Assembly: GCA_012862495.1 (NCBI GenBank)
Contig: BLSG01000080.1
Location: 238,990-284,884 of the forward strand
DNA length: 45,895 nucleotides
Source of the DNA: Thraustochytrium aureum
Taxonomy: Eukaryota
Direction: 5' to 3'
The position numbers and the translations under genes are program-made. Shown here one piece after another: positions 34,268-45,883 of this stretch. Position 1 is the stretch's first letter; each line of letters opens with the position of its first letter. A model generated the notes under the pieces. It saw only the letters and a program-made list of their open reading frames with translations, had not been told where the DNA came from and ran no database searches.

Positions 34268-36596
34268 CTCGTGGCGATGCTCGTGAACAAGCGAGGCGGG
34301 TCAGCCGGCCTGCGCCAGCACTCGAGCGCCTCTGAGTGACGGGTCCGCCTCCAAGGCTGCTCGACGCGACTCTCTGACGCGTAGGTAGCTCCAACACCAG
34401 CTTGGGATCGACTTTTCCAGCGGCCTCTCGCGCAAGCAGTGGGGTTTGTAGCGAGTTCACTATGAAGGGCTACCGGTAGCCAATACTACCTCAACCTACC
34501 CCTTCGCAGCAAGCGCCCTCAAATCGGATACCTCTAGAGCAAGAGGGAAGCAGATTCCTCCTGCTGTTGCCGTTCCCAGTTCCCCCCGTCGAATCAGCGC
34601 GTGCGACGCCGGGTCAAATAGGCCTACATCTCCCGAAGGTCGCGACGGATTGCCAGTTGGCCTTGTCCGGAGACGCGCGGACGGCGCGCGAGTGTCGTGA
34701 TCTTCCTCTGGCCTTCAATCGGCTCGTGATCGAACAGTAGTGGCGTGGGAAATCGGACAAGGGGCCAGCAAGGTCTCCGCGCGTGACGATACCGCCTCTG
34801 AGCGCGTCTTTCACGCTGTCTCACCGTCACTTCCCGCCGGCTCTCGAGCCAGCTCTCACTCGACGGTACTCGGCTAGCTTGCTACTCTACAGTAGAGCAA
34901 GGAGCTCTCTATCCTAGAGCTCGAGTAGTGGGGCCAGGGGCCGAGATAGATCTTGCATGCGCCAGCTCCACGAAAGACAAGAGCACTTTCGAGTAGAGTG
35001 TGAGTGTCGCCATCCCCAACGTCATCGCTTCAGGCCCAAGATCCTGCTGTCCATGCGAGGCGCTTCAGAAGAAAAGAAACGGAACGGAAGGATCCGTGCA
35101 CAACTCAATTTTCCAAGAGCAAGCACCTTGCTGGCCCACCGGCTGTCGAGCTGGCTCGACGCACCGCAGGGTCCCGACTGCCGACCCACTGGCAGCGCGA
35201 TCATTGTTCACGCCGCAGTACAGTAGAGTACTTACTCTCATCTGATCACTTGCAGGCGGGTGTCAATCAGCTTTCAAGGCCGAAGAGTCGGCGACAGACA
35301 GGAGGCCTGGGTGACTGATACACGGTCATTCGATTCGATGTTCGCGGCTGCAACGAGGGAGCCGGGCTGCAAGTAATATGCGCACGCACCGCCGCCCCAC
35401 CGAGGCGCTCTCACAGGCTCTTGCCAGTGCTTGCCTTGGTCACCGCCAAGGGCCGCGGCGCTCGATCTCTCCGCGGTAGCACTGCAAGATCAGAGTGAGA
35501 CGTGGCCAGGCCGGGCCACCATTTCACGAAGGATGCGACGATGGGGAACCGAGAACAGCACGCGCTGCGTTGCCAGAACACAGTGCGTATGCGATGCGGC
35601 TGGCACAGCTGCGACCATGGCGGGGCCTGCATTGTGTGGTGGTGATGGAGACGGTCGCCACATGGCCCAGTCGCACTAACGCGCGGCGCGAAGGGCGCGA
35701 TGGGCCGATGGCAAAAAACGTTAGAGGTCGACTCCGAGCTGCATGTGAAGATGAAGAATTCCCAAGTCGTGTTTTTCAAGATCAAGACACGAGTAAGGTG
35801 GCGAGTCACTCACCAGGCAGGCAGGCAGGCAGGCAAGCCGCCTTCTTCTTCTTCTCCCAGCGAGCGAGCGTGGAGCGCTGGTGCAAGGAAGGGCAGCGCC
35901 GAAGACTCGAAATGCTCAACTCGCGTCCATTGCTCGGCGTCGTGTGCCGCCCGCCGTTGCAAACGCGTCACAGGATCGAGGCACGCCGCCTTTTGTTGCG
36001 CAGATGCGCTGCTCTTGAATGTGCGGGCAGGATCTTCCAGAAGCCTCTGGGCGGCGGCGCGTCCCGAATGCCTTCCGCGTCGGAGTTGGCAATTGGGCCG
36101 TCGCACCTACCAGAGTGGCTCTGGTGCAATGGAGACCGGCGATCTGCATCTGCAACTTGGTTGCACTCTTGCGCGTTGCGGCTGGAGCTGTGAGCGATGG
36201 AGTCTGTTGTTGAAGTGGCAAGAGTGGTGGATCTATGCCGACGCGTTGTGGGCCAGTGCAGGCAGCCAGGCAAGCAGGCACACGGGCATGCCCACCGATC
36301 CACTGAAATTGGCTAGTAGACAGCTCGAACCACTCCGAAGGACTGAACTGAGGAGAAGGGGACAGTCAGTGCGGCGGGAGCGGCGAGGAGTTTCGATGGC
36401 AGGGCTCCAGCCTTGGCCGTAGGCGTCATCGATGCTGGCCTCGGCTCGCAAGCTGCAGCCTTCTTCGTTCCAATCTCAACACTGCGATATTCTGACGTGC
36501 CGGGAGGCCAGCCGGCCAGGCCTGCAGGCTGGCATGGCTTGCCACAGCGGCTCGGCTTGCCAATCCAGAACCCGAACAGCACAAGACAACAGAGCG

Positions 36597-36680
36597 ACAG
36601 CGAGACAACAAGAAAGGCACAAGAAAGCAAAGCGAGGCAAGGCAACAGCGAGACAACAAGAAAGGCACAAGAAAGCAAAG
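36597..36680 (+). repeat. Perfect 36-bp direct repeat (48-bp period) upstream of vWD-like gene A
   Basis: acagcgagacaacaagaaaggcacaagaaagcaaag occurs at 36597-36632 and at 36645-36680. Confidence 0.9.
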
Positions 36681-36743
36681 GCGGCTTGCCACTCCTGCAG
36701 CGCAGGCGCCTGGCCGCAGGCAGATCGTCGCCAGCTGCAGATC

Positions 36744-39700
36744 ATGACGCGAGGAACCGGACTCGCGCGACTCTGCGCCACCGTGATGGCCGCGGTCACG
36801 CTCGTGGCCGGCCAGAACGGCCAGAGGCCGCCGACCTGCGAGCAAGGCTCGAGTGCGACGCAGGTGATTACGCAAGTGAACGAATGGTGCTCTGTGATGG
36901 GCGAGGTGTCGGCTGCCGGAACCATGACCTCTTGCTGCGGAACGAGCGGAAACGATGACGCCAGGCGCCTCTTGCAAAACCACAACGTCGACACAAGCGC
37001 AAGCGAGCAGTGCCGCAGCGTCGAGACGAGTGCTCCGTACTGCGACACGCCCTTGTGCCGCAGCCAGCTCGGCGCCGGCGACANNNNNNNNNNNNNNNNN
37101 NNNNNNNNNNNNNNNNNNNNNNNNNNNNNNNNNNNNNNNNNNNNNNNNNNNNNNNNNNNNNNNNNNNNNNNNNNNNNNNNNNNNNNNNNNNNNNNNNNNN
37201 NNNNNNNNNNNNNNNNNNNNNNNNNNNNNNNNNNNNNNNNNNNNNNNNNNNNNNNNNNNNNCTGCGATGTGTGCTCATGCTACGGGACCCGTCCTGTATC
37301 GCGTTCGACGGGACGCACGACGAGTGGGTTCTCTGCGACGGCCGAAGTGGGAGGTCTTGCTCCGTCACCGAGGGCCAGTGCAAGTCCCAACGGGACCACG
37401 CCAACCAGGCCTGCGTGTGGAAGAACAACGACGAGACCTCTTGGACCAGCTTCGAAGTGGACGGGTCGCCCTGCCAGCCCGACTTTGCGGCCTCGGGATA
37501 TCCTACGATGACCATGTACGCAACGGGCGACTTTCGGCTCGACCTGATGCTGGGCGAGCGCGGGGTTATCCGCGAAGTGAGCCTCGAAACCAACGCCGGC
37601 CAGTTTTCGCTCTCCGCCAGCTCATGCTTCGCCAACGACCCGCGCACGAGCAACAACCCTGACGCGGCCTGGACGTCCTCGACGGGGTCTAGCGTGCCTT
37701 CTACTTGGGCCGTGACAACCCCCAACGCGGTGGAGATCTGGTGGTACGTCCTGGACGCATCAGCCGCCATCGTGGTCGAAATCGTGTGCACCAGAGCCGG
37801 CATGCAAGAGCGCCTTGATGTGCACCGGCTCGTGGAGACGAGCGAGACGCGGGCAGAGTCTGCGACTGGGTTTTGCGCCACTGGCTCGATCGACCAAAAG
37901 GCAGGCACGACCACGCACACTTCCAGGATTTGGGAAAAGTGCATGCTTCAGAACGTGCCTAGCCTTGTGCAGGCCTGCCGGGCGCTCGTGGACCCCACTT
38001 GCGCGGCGGGCAGCGTTGACATGCACGCCTCAAACTGGTGTGCGCACGCTGACTTGGCCCGGACGGAGACGGACGACACCGACTCGTGCAAGCAGCTCCT
38101 CACAAAGGGCAAAAAGGACAACCGACTCGCCGCGTGGACTCGCCTCGTCTGCCAGGCGAACCAGGTCGAGGAGACCAAGTGCCTCACGGACATCTCGCAA
38201 TTTGGCTGGGACGCGTTCCTCAAGACGCACTCGAATGGCATGATGACCACTGGCAACGGCAACGGCAACTCTTCCACGACCTGCGAGTCCGATCCCGCCT
38301 ACTATGTGGGCGCGTCTTCGGAGAGGTGCGAGTACGGTGTCTCAGTGGAGTACCAATCTGGCGATACGTGGGTCGAGGCTATGTTTGTGCCTGGCTCCCG
38401 CCCGCCCTGCAACGACATGATCACGGTCAACGCGGCGGACCACCCCGAGCTCTTTTACAACAAGGTACGCATCAGGCAGTGTGGGCTTAGTGCGGCGTGC
38501 GTGCTGCAAAACGCCTGCATACCTGCTGCCGGCTTTGAGGCTGCAGTCTCCTACTCCACGTCAGGGTGCCCCACGCCAGAGCCGACTCCCTCGCCAACGC
38601 CTTCCCCGTCAACCTCGCCCACTCTCCCGTTGTGCGAACCCGTGGTGGTCCCCGGCCAGATCGACCAAAACGCTTCGCCCTTCGGGCCCAACTACGACAT
38701 CGAGATTGACATTCTCTTCAACGGCCCGACCTGCGGCCAAGGAAGGACGAGCGTGATGCAGATTGGCTGCGAGATGCCGCTGTTCGCCATCTACGCACCC
38801 GACTGCACCACGCAGCTCGAGTTTGTTGCGACGAGCACTGCGGGCCCCGGGTTCACGTGCGCCCCAGTCGAGGACTTCGCACCCGGCATGTCTTTTCACG
38901 TTCACGGTTCGTGTTCGGGCAAACTCTCTCGTTGTCCTGTATGATGATGTCGAGGTATGCAGAACGGACTTGGGCGGCGGCACGCCAGTGAGCGCCGCCG
39001 ACGCCTGCGTCTATGCAAGCGCTCCTGGCATGGTGCCGGCCGACGTGTGCGTCACAGTAGACCTCCCCCCCACCCCGCCCGCCGAGGGCTCCGAGTGCCA
39101 GCAACAAGACACGAGCCAAACCATCTGCACTCTCCCAAGCGCGAACATCGAGCTCGGCATTTGCGAAAGCGAATGCCCGCCCCCAGAAGCGCTGGTTCTC
39201 GGTTCGGATGAATCTACGCGCTGCCGCGCTCTGATCCTGCCAGAGCCGTACTGCGACCTCGACAATCCGATGCAAAGGCCACTGTGCCCGAAACTGCGAT
39301 CCAAGGCGGGCAAACTCACGCTCGACTTTACCTTCTACGACGAAATCGACACCAGCCTAACCTGCTGCGAAATCTGCACCTGCTTCGGCGACCCGGATTG
39401 CATCGCGTTTGACGGCTCGCAAGACAACTGGCTCCTGTGCGATGCCCGCGACGACTCTTGCTTCGTGAGCGAAGAACTTTGCATCAATGAGGTCGATCAT
39501 GCGGGCAACCCTTGCATTTGGGACGAAAACCGCGCGGAGGACCTCAAGCGACGCGCAGATATCGGCGCGATTGGGTCACCCTGCCAGCCAGACTGGGCAG
39601 TCAGCGGGCCGGCGACGATGCTCATGTTCGGCAGGGGCCCTTTCTCCGCTACGATCTCGATGGGCGAGCGCGGTGTCATCGAGACGCTCGTGCTGACAAA

Positions 39701-40747
39701 CGTGGCCGGGACCTACACGCTCGTCGCCGACGAGTGCTTCCATCGGTCGTGGGAGGATGCCTGGGTTGTGGCCCCGGGCTCGGGCCCGCTCAACTCGGCA
39801 TTCAACATCGTTTACAGCGCCGGACCTGGAAACGACCAGCGCACCTTTGAGATCTTCGACCCCTCCTCCGGCGTCTTCATCCGAGCTGTCTGCATCTTGC
39901 GGGTCTCCAAGAACGGCAAGTACCGGAACGCCCGTCTCGACATTCCGGCACTGATTGACGCGGATGCCAACTCGACCACTTTGCCCGAAGCGACTGGGTT
40001 CTGCGCCGAGGAGAATGCAGAAATCAACAAAGGCCAGTCCACGGTCGAGCGCGCTCAGGCCATTCATAATATTTGCCAGCAGCAGATGGAGCCCGCTCAG
40101 CAGCTTTGCAAAGAGCTCTACACCGACTCGTGCACGCCCAGCGACATTCCGGACGGCGTGCTTGCCTGGTGCCAGAATGCAAACCTCTACGCGCAAGACC
40201 CGGACCGCGTGGACCGCTGCGTGCGGTACATCAACGCCAAGTCCAAGTCTTGGAACAAGGTTGCCCAACGGTGGAGCGAGCTCTACTGCGAAGCGATCGA
40301 AGGCCTCCGACAGTCGGGCACGCCCCCGAACCTGTGGAAGCAACAGTGCGTTGCACGACTTCAAACGGACGGCTATGGAGCGGTCATCGACGAGTACGGC
40401 CCCGGAACGCTCAACTCTCCCAGCAGCACCGGTGTATGCGGCGACAGCGAGACGTCCTACAGCGCCCGCGGCAAGAACGACGTGTGCATCCCGGGTATTT
40501 CTGTCGAGTACCGCAAGCCGAACGGCGTTTGGTCGAGGAGATGTTTATTCCCTTCGCGCTCAAGCCGTGCAACGGGCGCCTCGAGGTCTCTGCGAGTCGG
40601 CACTACCAGCTCTTCGTTCGGCCGGTGAGGTTTCGCCAGTGCGGCTTGGACTTGACGACGTGCCCGGTTGATGTGGGCTGCACGCCCAACTACGGCTTCG
40701 AGATCGACTACTTGTTTTCGCAGGACAACTCGATTTGCCCGACGTGA
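36744..40747 (+). CDS. Large secreted Cys-rich protein A: signal peptide, vWD-like module 1, short PTS linker, small beta-rich domain, vWD-like module 2 (gap; frameshifts near 37285, 38910, 40535)
   Basis: Signal MTRGTGLARLCATVMAAVTLVAG; CSCYGDPSCIAFDG and CTCFGDPDCIAFDG (vWD-like starts); linker PTPEPTPSPTPSPST; ends FSQDNSICPT*. Colinear with paralogue B. Confidence 0.75.
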
Positions 40748-40899
40748 TCAGCGCGAGCCTTCGCTTTCGCCGCCCGCCTCCCCCCAACCCCCACCAGTTT
40801 TCAGTTCAGGTTTCGGCATGCCTTGCTCGAGCATGAGCCACCGAGCTCGCCAGTATCTTTTTAAAAGCACCACATCCACAAAGCAAAGCATGTCTTTCA

Positions 40900-40990
40900 A
40901 TCAGTCAGTCAGCCAGCCAGCCAGCTAGCGCGAGTCCCAGCGCGAGTCAGCCAGCCAGCGCGAGTCCCAGCGCGAGTCAGCCAGCCAGCC
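40900..40990 (+). repeat. Compound CAGT/CAGC microsatellite with a 30-bp tandem duplication
   Basis: agcgcgagtcccagcgcgagtcagccagcc occurs twice, after cagtcagtcagccagccagccag. Confidence 0.8.
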
Positions 40991-41987
40991 CTGTGCAGCT
41001 CCGGTCCCGCTCTCGTCCGGTAGTCCTCTCCTCTGCCAACTTGGCACGTAGTAGGCTGACGATGAGTCAGTCGTACGAGTCGCTTCACCAGGCTGCCTGC
41101 ACGCGCCCTGCTGTTCTCGGCTCGCCGCGCGCTTGCCGTCACGGTGCTCGAGTTCTGCCTGCATGGCGTCGATGGCACGGATGCAACAAAACGTGACAAT
41201 CCAAGCAAGTACTGGCCTGGACCTTGCTGCACTGATCACATGCTGCTCAAGCAAGCTCAACCTCTAGAGACTTCTGCCAGTGGTCGGCGCCAAAGAGAGG
41301 TTGCTATCCATCCGTCAAGCAAAGGCCAAGGACGCAGAAGACTCGGCGCGTTTCGACAGCCACCAATTCATACCGTGGGAGCCAGACCACGAGCAGCCAG
41401 CCCCCAGAGAGTCGCGTCGCTTCTCAACACATCGGACGGTCCATCAATCCACTCGATTGCGCCCGAAACCGGACTTGTTACTGGAGGATGGAGGCAGGCA
41501 GGCAGGCTGTCGTCGCGGGATTTGCTCGTGGAGCTGCTCGCGTATGTACTGCATGGAGCGAGAATCATAGTTTCTTGATCTTGAAAGACAGCGAGTACGG
41601 ACTCGCCCGCGGAGATGCGCGTGCATGCAAAATCGCTGGAAGGCAAGCGAGGAAGAAACCCACACGGCTCAGAGCGAAAGGGCTCGCGTCCCACCAGCGA
41701 TGGCTCATACAACGATTCCCCACTTGGACCTTTTTTTCGATCAACCACTCTCGTGCGCAGTTTTGCTGGGACGACACCACTTGAAGCTCGCGTTGAGCCG
41801 GCTTGTTTGTCGAGCGGCTCTCGCGTGGCGGATGCTGGTGGGCATCTGGACTCGAACGAATCGACCTCGAGGAGCACGCAGGACAAAGAGATTGAACCAG
41901 CCAGCGCCAACCAGCAAATCCTGTTCGATCGCAGGCGAAACTACACGTCGGCAGGACAGCAAGGGACGACGCTACAAGAGGACAAAG

Positions 41988-44900
41988 ATGATGATCGGGG
42001 TTTATCGCCGCGTGCTCGCCGCGGCGCTCCTTGGGGCTGCACTGTGCTCTGCCCAGCAACGCCCCCCGCCGTGCGGGGCCGGGTCGGATGCCTCGCAGGT
42101 CCTCACCCAGGGGAACGAATGGTGCTCCATCATGGGAGAGACGTCGGCCATGAGCATCATGGAGACTTGCTGTAGCCAACAATCCAATGGCGACACACTG
42201 CGTCGCCTTCTGCTGGACGAAGTGCGGAACCTGGAGACGGCGCCAGAGACGAATTCGTGTCGTGCGATGGAGACCGATGAGCCGTACTGCAGGAGCTCAG
42301 GATGCCACGCCGAGCTCGGCGCGAATGACACGTTGGAGATTGTCCTCGAGATGGCCAATACAGGCGCGTCGGGGTCGTGCTGCGACGTGTGCACGTGCTT
42401 TGGCGACCCTGTTTGCGTGTCATTTGCCGGGGTTCAAGACGAGTGGGTCTTGTGCGACGCTAGGAAGGCGGACTGTGGAATGTCACGAAAGAAGTGCTTG
42501 GCGCAACTCGACCACGCTGGGAACTCGTGCGTCTGGCTGAAAGAGGACCCGTTCTGGAAGAGTATACAAGCCAGCGGGTCGCCGTGCCAGGCAAACTGGA
42601 GCGTGTCGGGGTTCCCCACAATGACCATGTACGAAGATCCGGAGTCCGGATTCAAGCTTGAGCTAACGCTCGGCGAACGCGGCGTCATTCGCGAGGTCGA
42701 GCTGACCACCTCGGATGGGACCTTTTCCATCACGGCCGAAGGTTGCTTTGAAGAGGACCCCCGGGTGAGCAGCGCCCCAGAGCTCGCATGGACTTCTGCG
42801 TCCGGCAAGGGAATTCCGTCGTCGTGGAAATGGACCACGCCAAACGCCGTCGAGATCTGGTGGTACGCCCTGGATGCTCGGTCGGGGATCGTTGTCGACA
42901 TCGTTTGCACCCTTGGAGGCAAGACGCCCCGCATAGACATCAACCGGCTCATAGAGACAAGCAATGTGCGCCCCTCAGCCAGTGGATTTTGCGCGACTGG
43001 CCAGATCTCCCAACGAGGCGGGTCCACGGCGGCGAGCGCTGCTGTTATGGATGAATGCGCCCAAGTTAACCCCCCCAGCGTTCTCAAGGCCTGCAGGTCA
43101 CTCGTTGACATTGCTTGTTCGTTGAGCAACGTAAAGATGCACATGGAGTACTGGTGCAGTCGCGCCGACTTGGCACGAACCGAGGTAAACTCGGCCGAGG
43201 CCTGCCTGGAGGCACTGAGCACAGGTGGCTCCGACCGGCAGCTCGAGACGTGGACGCGCCTCGTGTGCCAAGCAAATCAACTGAACGAGACGCTGTGCAT
43301 GACCAACATTGACCAGTTTGGATGGGACTCATTCTTGCAAACCAACTCGGACGGCATGATTGATGCGGGCAACGCGGCAACGACTTGCGCGACCGACAGC
43401 GCGGAGTACGCTGGGTTGTCACCAGAGTCCTGCGAGTACGGTGTCTCCATCCAGTACTTGTCCAATGGAGAGTGGGTCGACGCAATGTTTGTGCCCAGCT
43501 CTCGGCCACCTTGTGGCAACCTGATCAAAGTGACCGGTGACAAGTTTCCAGAGCTCTTTACCAACCGTATCCGCTTCATCCAGTGCGGCCTCACGGCATC
43601 ATGTGTGTTGCAGAACGCATGCGTGCCTGCCAGTGGGTTTTCCGGCTCTGTGAGGTACACAACGGCGGACTGCCCAACGTCCAAGCCTACCACAAGCCCA
43701 AGCACAAGCCCAACAAAAACACCAAGCGCGAGCCCCACCAAAGGCCCGACCGACTCGCCTTCGAGCAGCCCGACGGAGGAGCCAACTAGGTCACCTGTGA
43801 CCGTCTCGCCATCGAACAGCCCGACGGAGGAGCCAACTAGGTCACCTGTGACCGACTCGCCTTCGAGCNNNNNNNNNNNNNNNNNNNNNNNNNNNNNNNN
43901 NNNNNNNNNNNNNNNNNNNNNNNNNNNNNNNNNNNNNNNNNNNNNNNNNNNNNNNNNNNNNNNNNNNNNNNNNNNNNNNNNNNNNNNNNNNNNNNNNNNN
44001 NNNNNNNNNNNNNNNNNNNNNNNNNNNNNNNNNNNNNNNNNNNNNNNNNNNNNNNNNNNNNNNNNNNNNNNNNNNNNNNNNNNNNNNNNNNNNNNNNNNN
44101 NNNNNNNNNNNNNNNNNNNNNNNNNNNNNNNNNNNNNNNNNNNNNNNNNNNNNNNNNNNNNNNNNNNNNNNNNNNNNNNNNNNNNNNNNNNNNNNNNNNN
44201 NNNNNNNNNNNNNNNNNNNNNNNNNNNNNNNNNNNNNNNNNNNNNNNNNNNNNNNNNNNNNNNNNNNNNNNNNNNNNNNNNNNNNNNNNNNNNNNNNNNN
44301 NNNNNNNNNNNNNNNNNNNNNNNNNNNNNNNNNNNNNNNNNNNNNNNNNNNNNNNNNNNNNNNNNNNNNNNNNNNNNNNNNNNNNNNNNNNNNNNNNNNN
44401 NNNNNNNNNNNNNNNNNNNNNNNNNNNNNNNNNNNNNNNNNNNNNNNNNNNNNNNNNNNNNNNNNNNNNNNNNNNNNNNNNNNNNNNNNNNNNNNNNNNN
44501 NNNNNNNNNNNNNNNNNNNNNNNNNNNNNNNNNNNNNNNNNNNNNNNNNNNNNNNNNNNNNNNNNNNNNNNNNNNNNNNNNNNNNNNNNNNNNNNNNNNN
44601 NNNNNNNNNNNNNNNNNNNNNNNNNNNNNNNNNNNNNNNNNNNNNNNNNNNNNNNNNNNNNNNNNNNNNNNNNNNNNNNNNNNNNNNNNNNNNNNNNNAG
44701 TTTTCGACCACCTTGAGCATGGGAGAGCGCGGCGTGATCGACACCCTGCAGCTGTCGACCGAAGGCGGCACTTACACCCTCGTTGCATCCAAGTGCTTCA
44801 TGAGCGACGACTGGGCGGTGGCGTGGGAGCTGGGCGCGAATGCCGCTCCAATCGAGACGACGATGAACATCGCGTTTGCTGACGGGCCAGGCAACGACCA

Positions 44901-45801
44901 AAGGACCTACACAATCTTTGTGCCTTCCGCTCACGTGTTCCTGCGTGTGGTTTGTGTAGAGCACGTCTCAAAGAACGGCCTCGAGCGCAGAGCGCGCCTT
45001 GACATCCACAACCTACTAGACTTGGACATGACTTCGGAGGGGGAGAGCAGCGGGTTTTGCGTCGAAACCAATGCCGTCATTGACAAAGGGCTCTCGACGC
45101 ACATCCGCGCTGCAGAGATTCATCGTCGCTGCCTTCAGCAAATGGAGCCTGCACAGCAGCTTTGCAAGTCGCTGTACCGCCCGGCGTGCGGCCCGAGCGA
45201 CATACCAGAGGGGGTTGAGGCCTGGTGCCAGGCAGCCAACCTTTTCCCTGGCGACCCGGATCGCATTTCCAAGTGCATCCAGCGCATTGACGCGGGTTCA
45301 AAGGACTGGGCTCGCGTGGCCAACCGCTGGAGTGCGCTTTATTGCGAGGCCGTCATGTCACAGCGCACGGCCGGAACCACGGTCAAACGGTGGATCAGTC
45401 AGTGCGTTTCGCGGCTGCAGACCGACGGCTACGATTACGTGATCGCGGCGCTCGGCCCTGGAACCTTTATGTCTGCGGCCAGCGACGCGCTGTGTGGTGT
45501 CGACGAGACCTCGTACGGCAAGCGCGGCGACGAGTGCGTCCCGGGGGTCTCGATCGAGTTCCAAGACACTAGTACGGGCGAGTGGGTGGAGGAGGTCTTT
45601 GTTCCGATAAACCTCCCGCCTTGCGGGGGTTCGCTGCAGCTCTCGGCGGCGCGGCACTTTAGCCTATTTGTGAACCCTGTGCGCTTCAGGCAGTGCAGCA
45701 TCGACCTCGCCGCCTGTCCAGCTGACGTGGGCTGCCTGCCGGACTACGGCTTCAAGGTTGACTACCTGTTCTCGCACGACCTCTCCATCTGTTCAAACTA
45801 A
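41988..45801 (+). CDS. Large secreted Cys-rich protein B (paralogue of A): signal peptide, vWD-like module 1, mucin-like PTS repeats, gap, vWD-like module 2
   Basis: Signal MMIGVYRRVLAAALLGAALCSA; CTCFGDPVCVSFAG. Shares TTPNAVEIWWY, GERGVI, GPGNDQRT and QQMEPAQQLCK with A. Ends FSHDLSICSN* (TAA at 45799-45801). Confidence 0.8.
43752..43868 (+). repeat. 51-bp coding tandem repeat (17-aa DSPSSSPTEEPTRSPVT), running into a gap
   Basis: Units start at 43752, 43803 and 43854 and are near-identical at the nucleotide level. Confidence 0.9.
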
Positions 45802-45851
45802 TGCTTAATTAAAATTATCGAAAAACGAGACGGTCTGCCGATGGCGAGCAT

Positions 45852-45883
45852 CTACAAGTGGCTGAGCCTACAAGTGGCTGAGC
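45852..45883 (+). repeat. 16-bp tandem duplication downstream of gene B
   Basis: ctacaagtggctgagc occurs twice in tandem. Confidence 0.85.

Noticed and set aside
1435..40560. Many frameshifts (kinase, NTase, KH, PSD, esterase, gene A) as pseudogenisation or programmed frameshifting
   Set aside because: They affect many unrelated genes, several sit in homopolymer runs, and catalytic motifs remain intact. This pattern fits pyrosequencing-type indel errors in a gappy draft.
36597..40990. Direct repeats as a CRISPR array or transposon ends
   Set aside because: Each has only two copies, with no unique spacer series, cas genes, transposase, terminal inverted repeats or LTR pair, and the context is eukaryotic.
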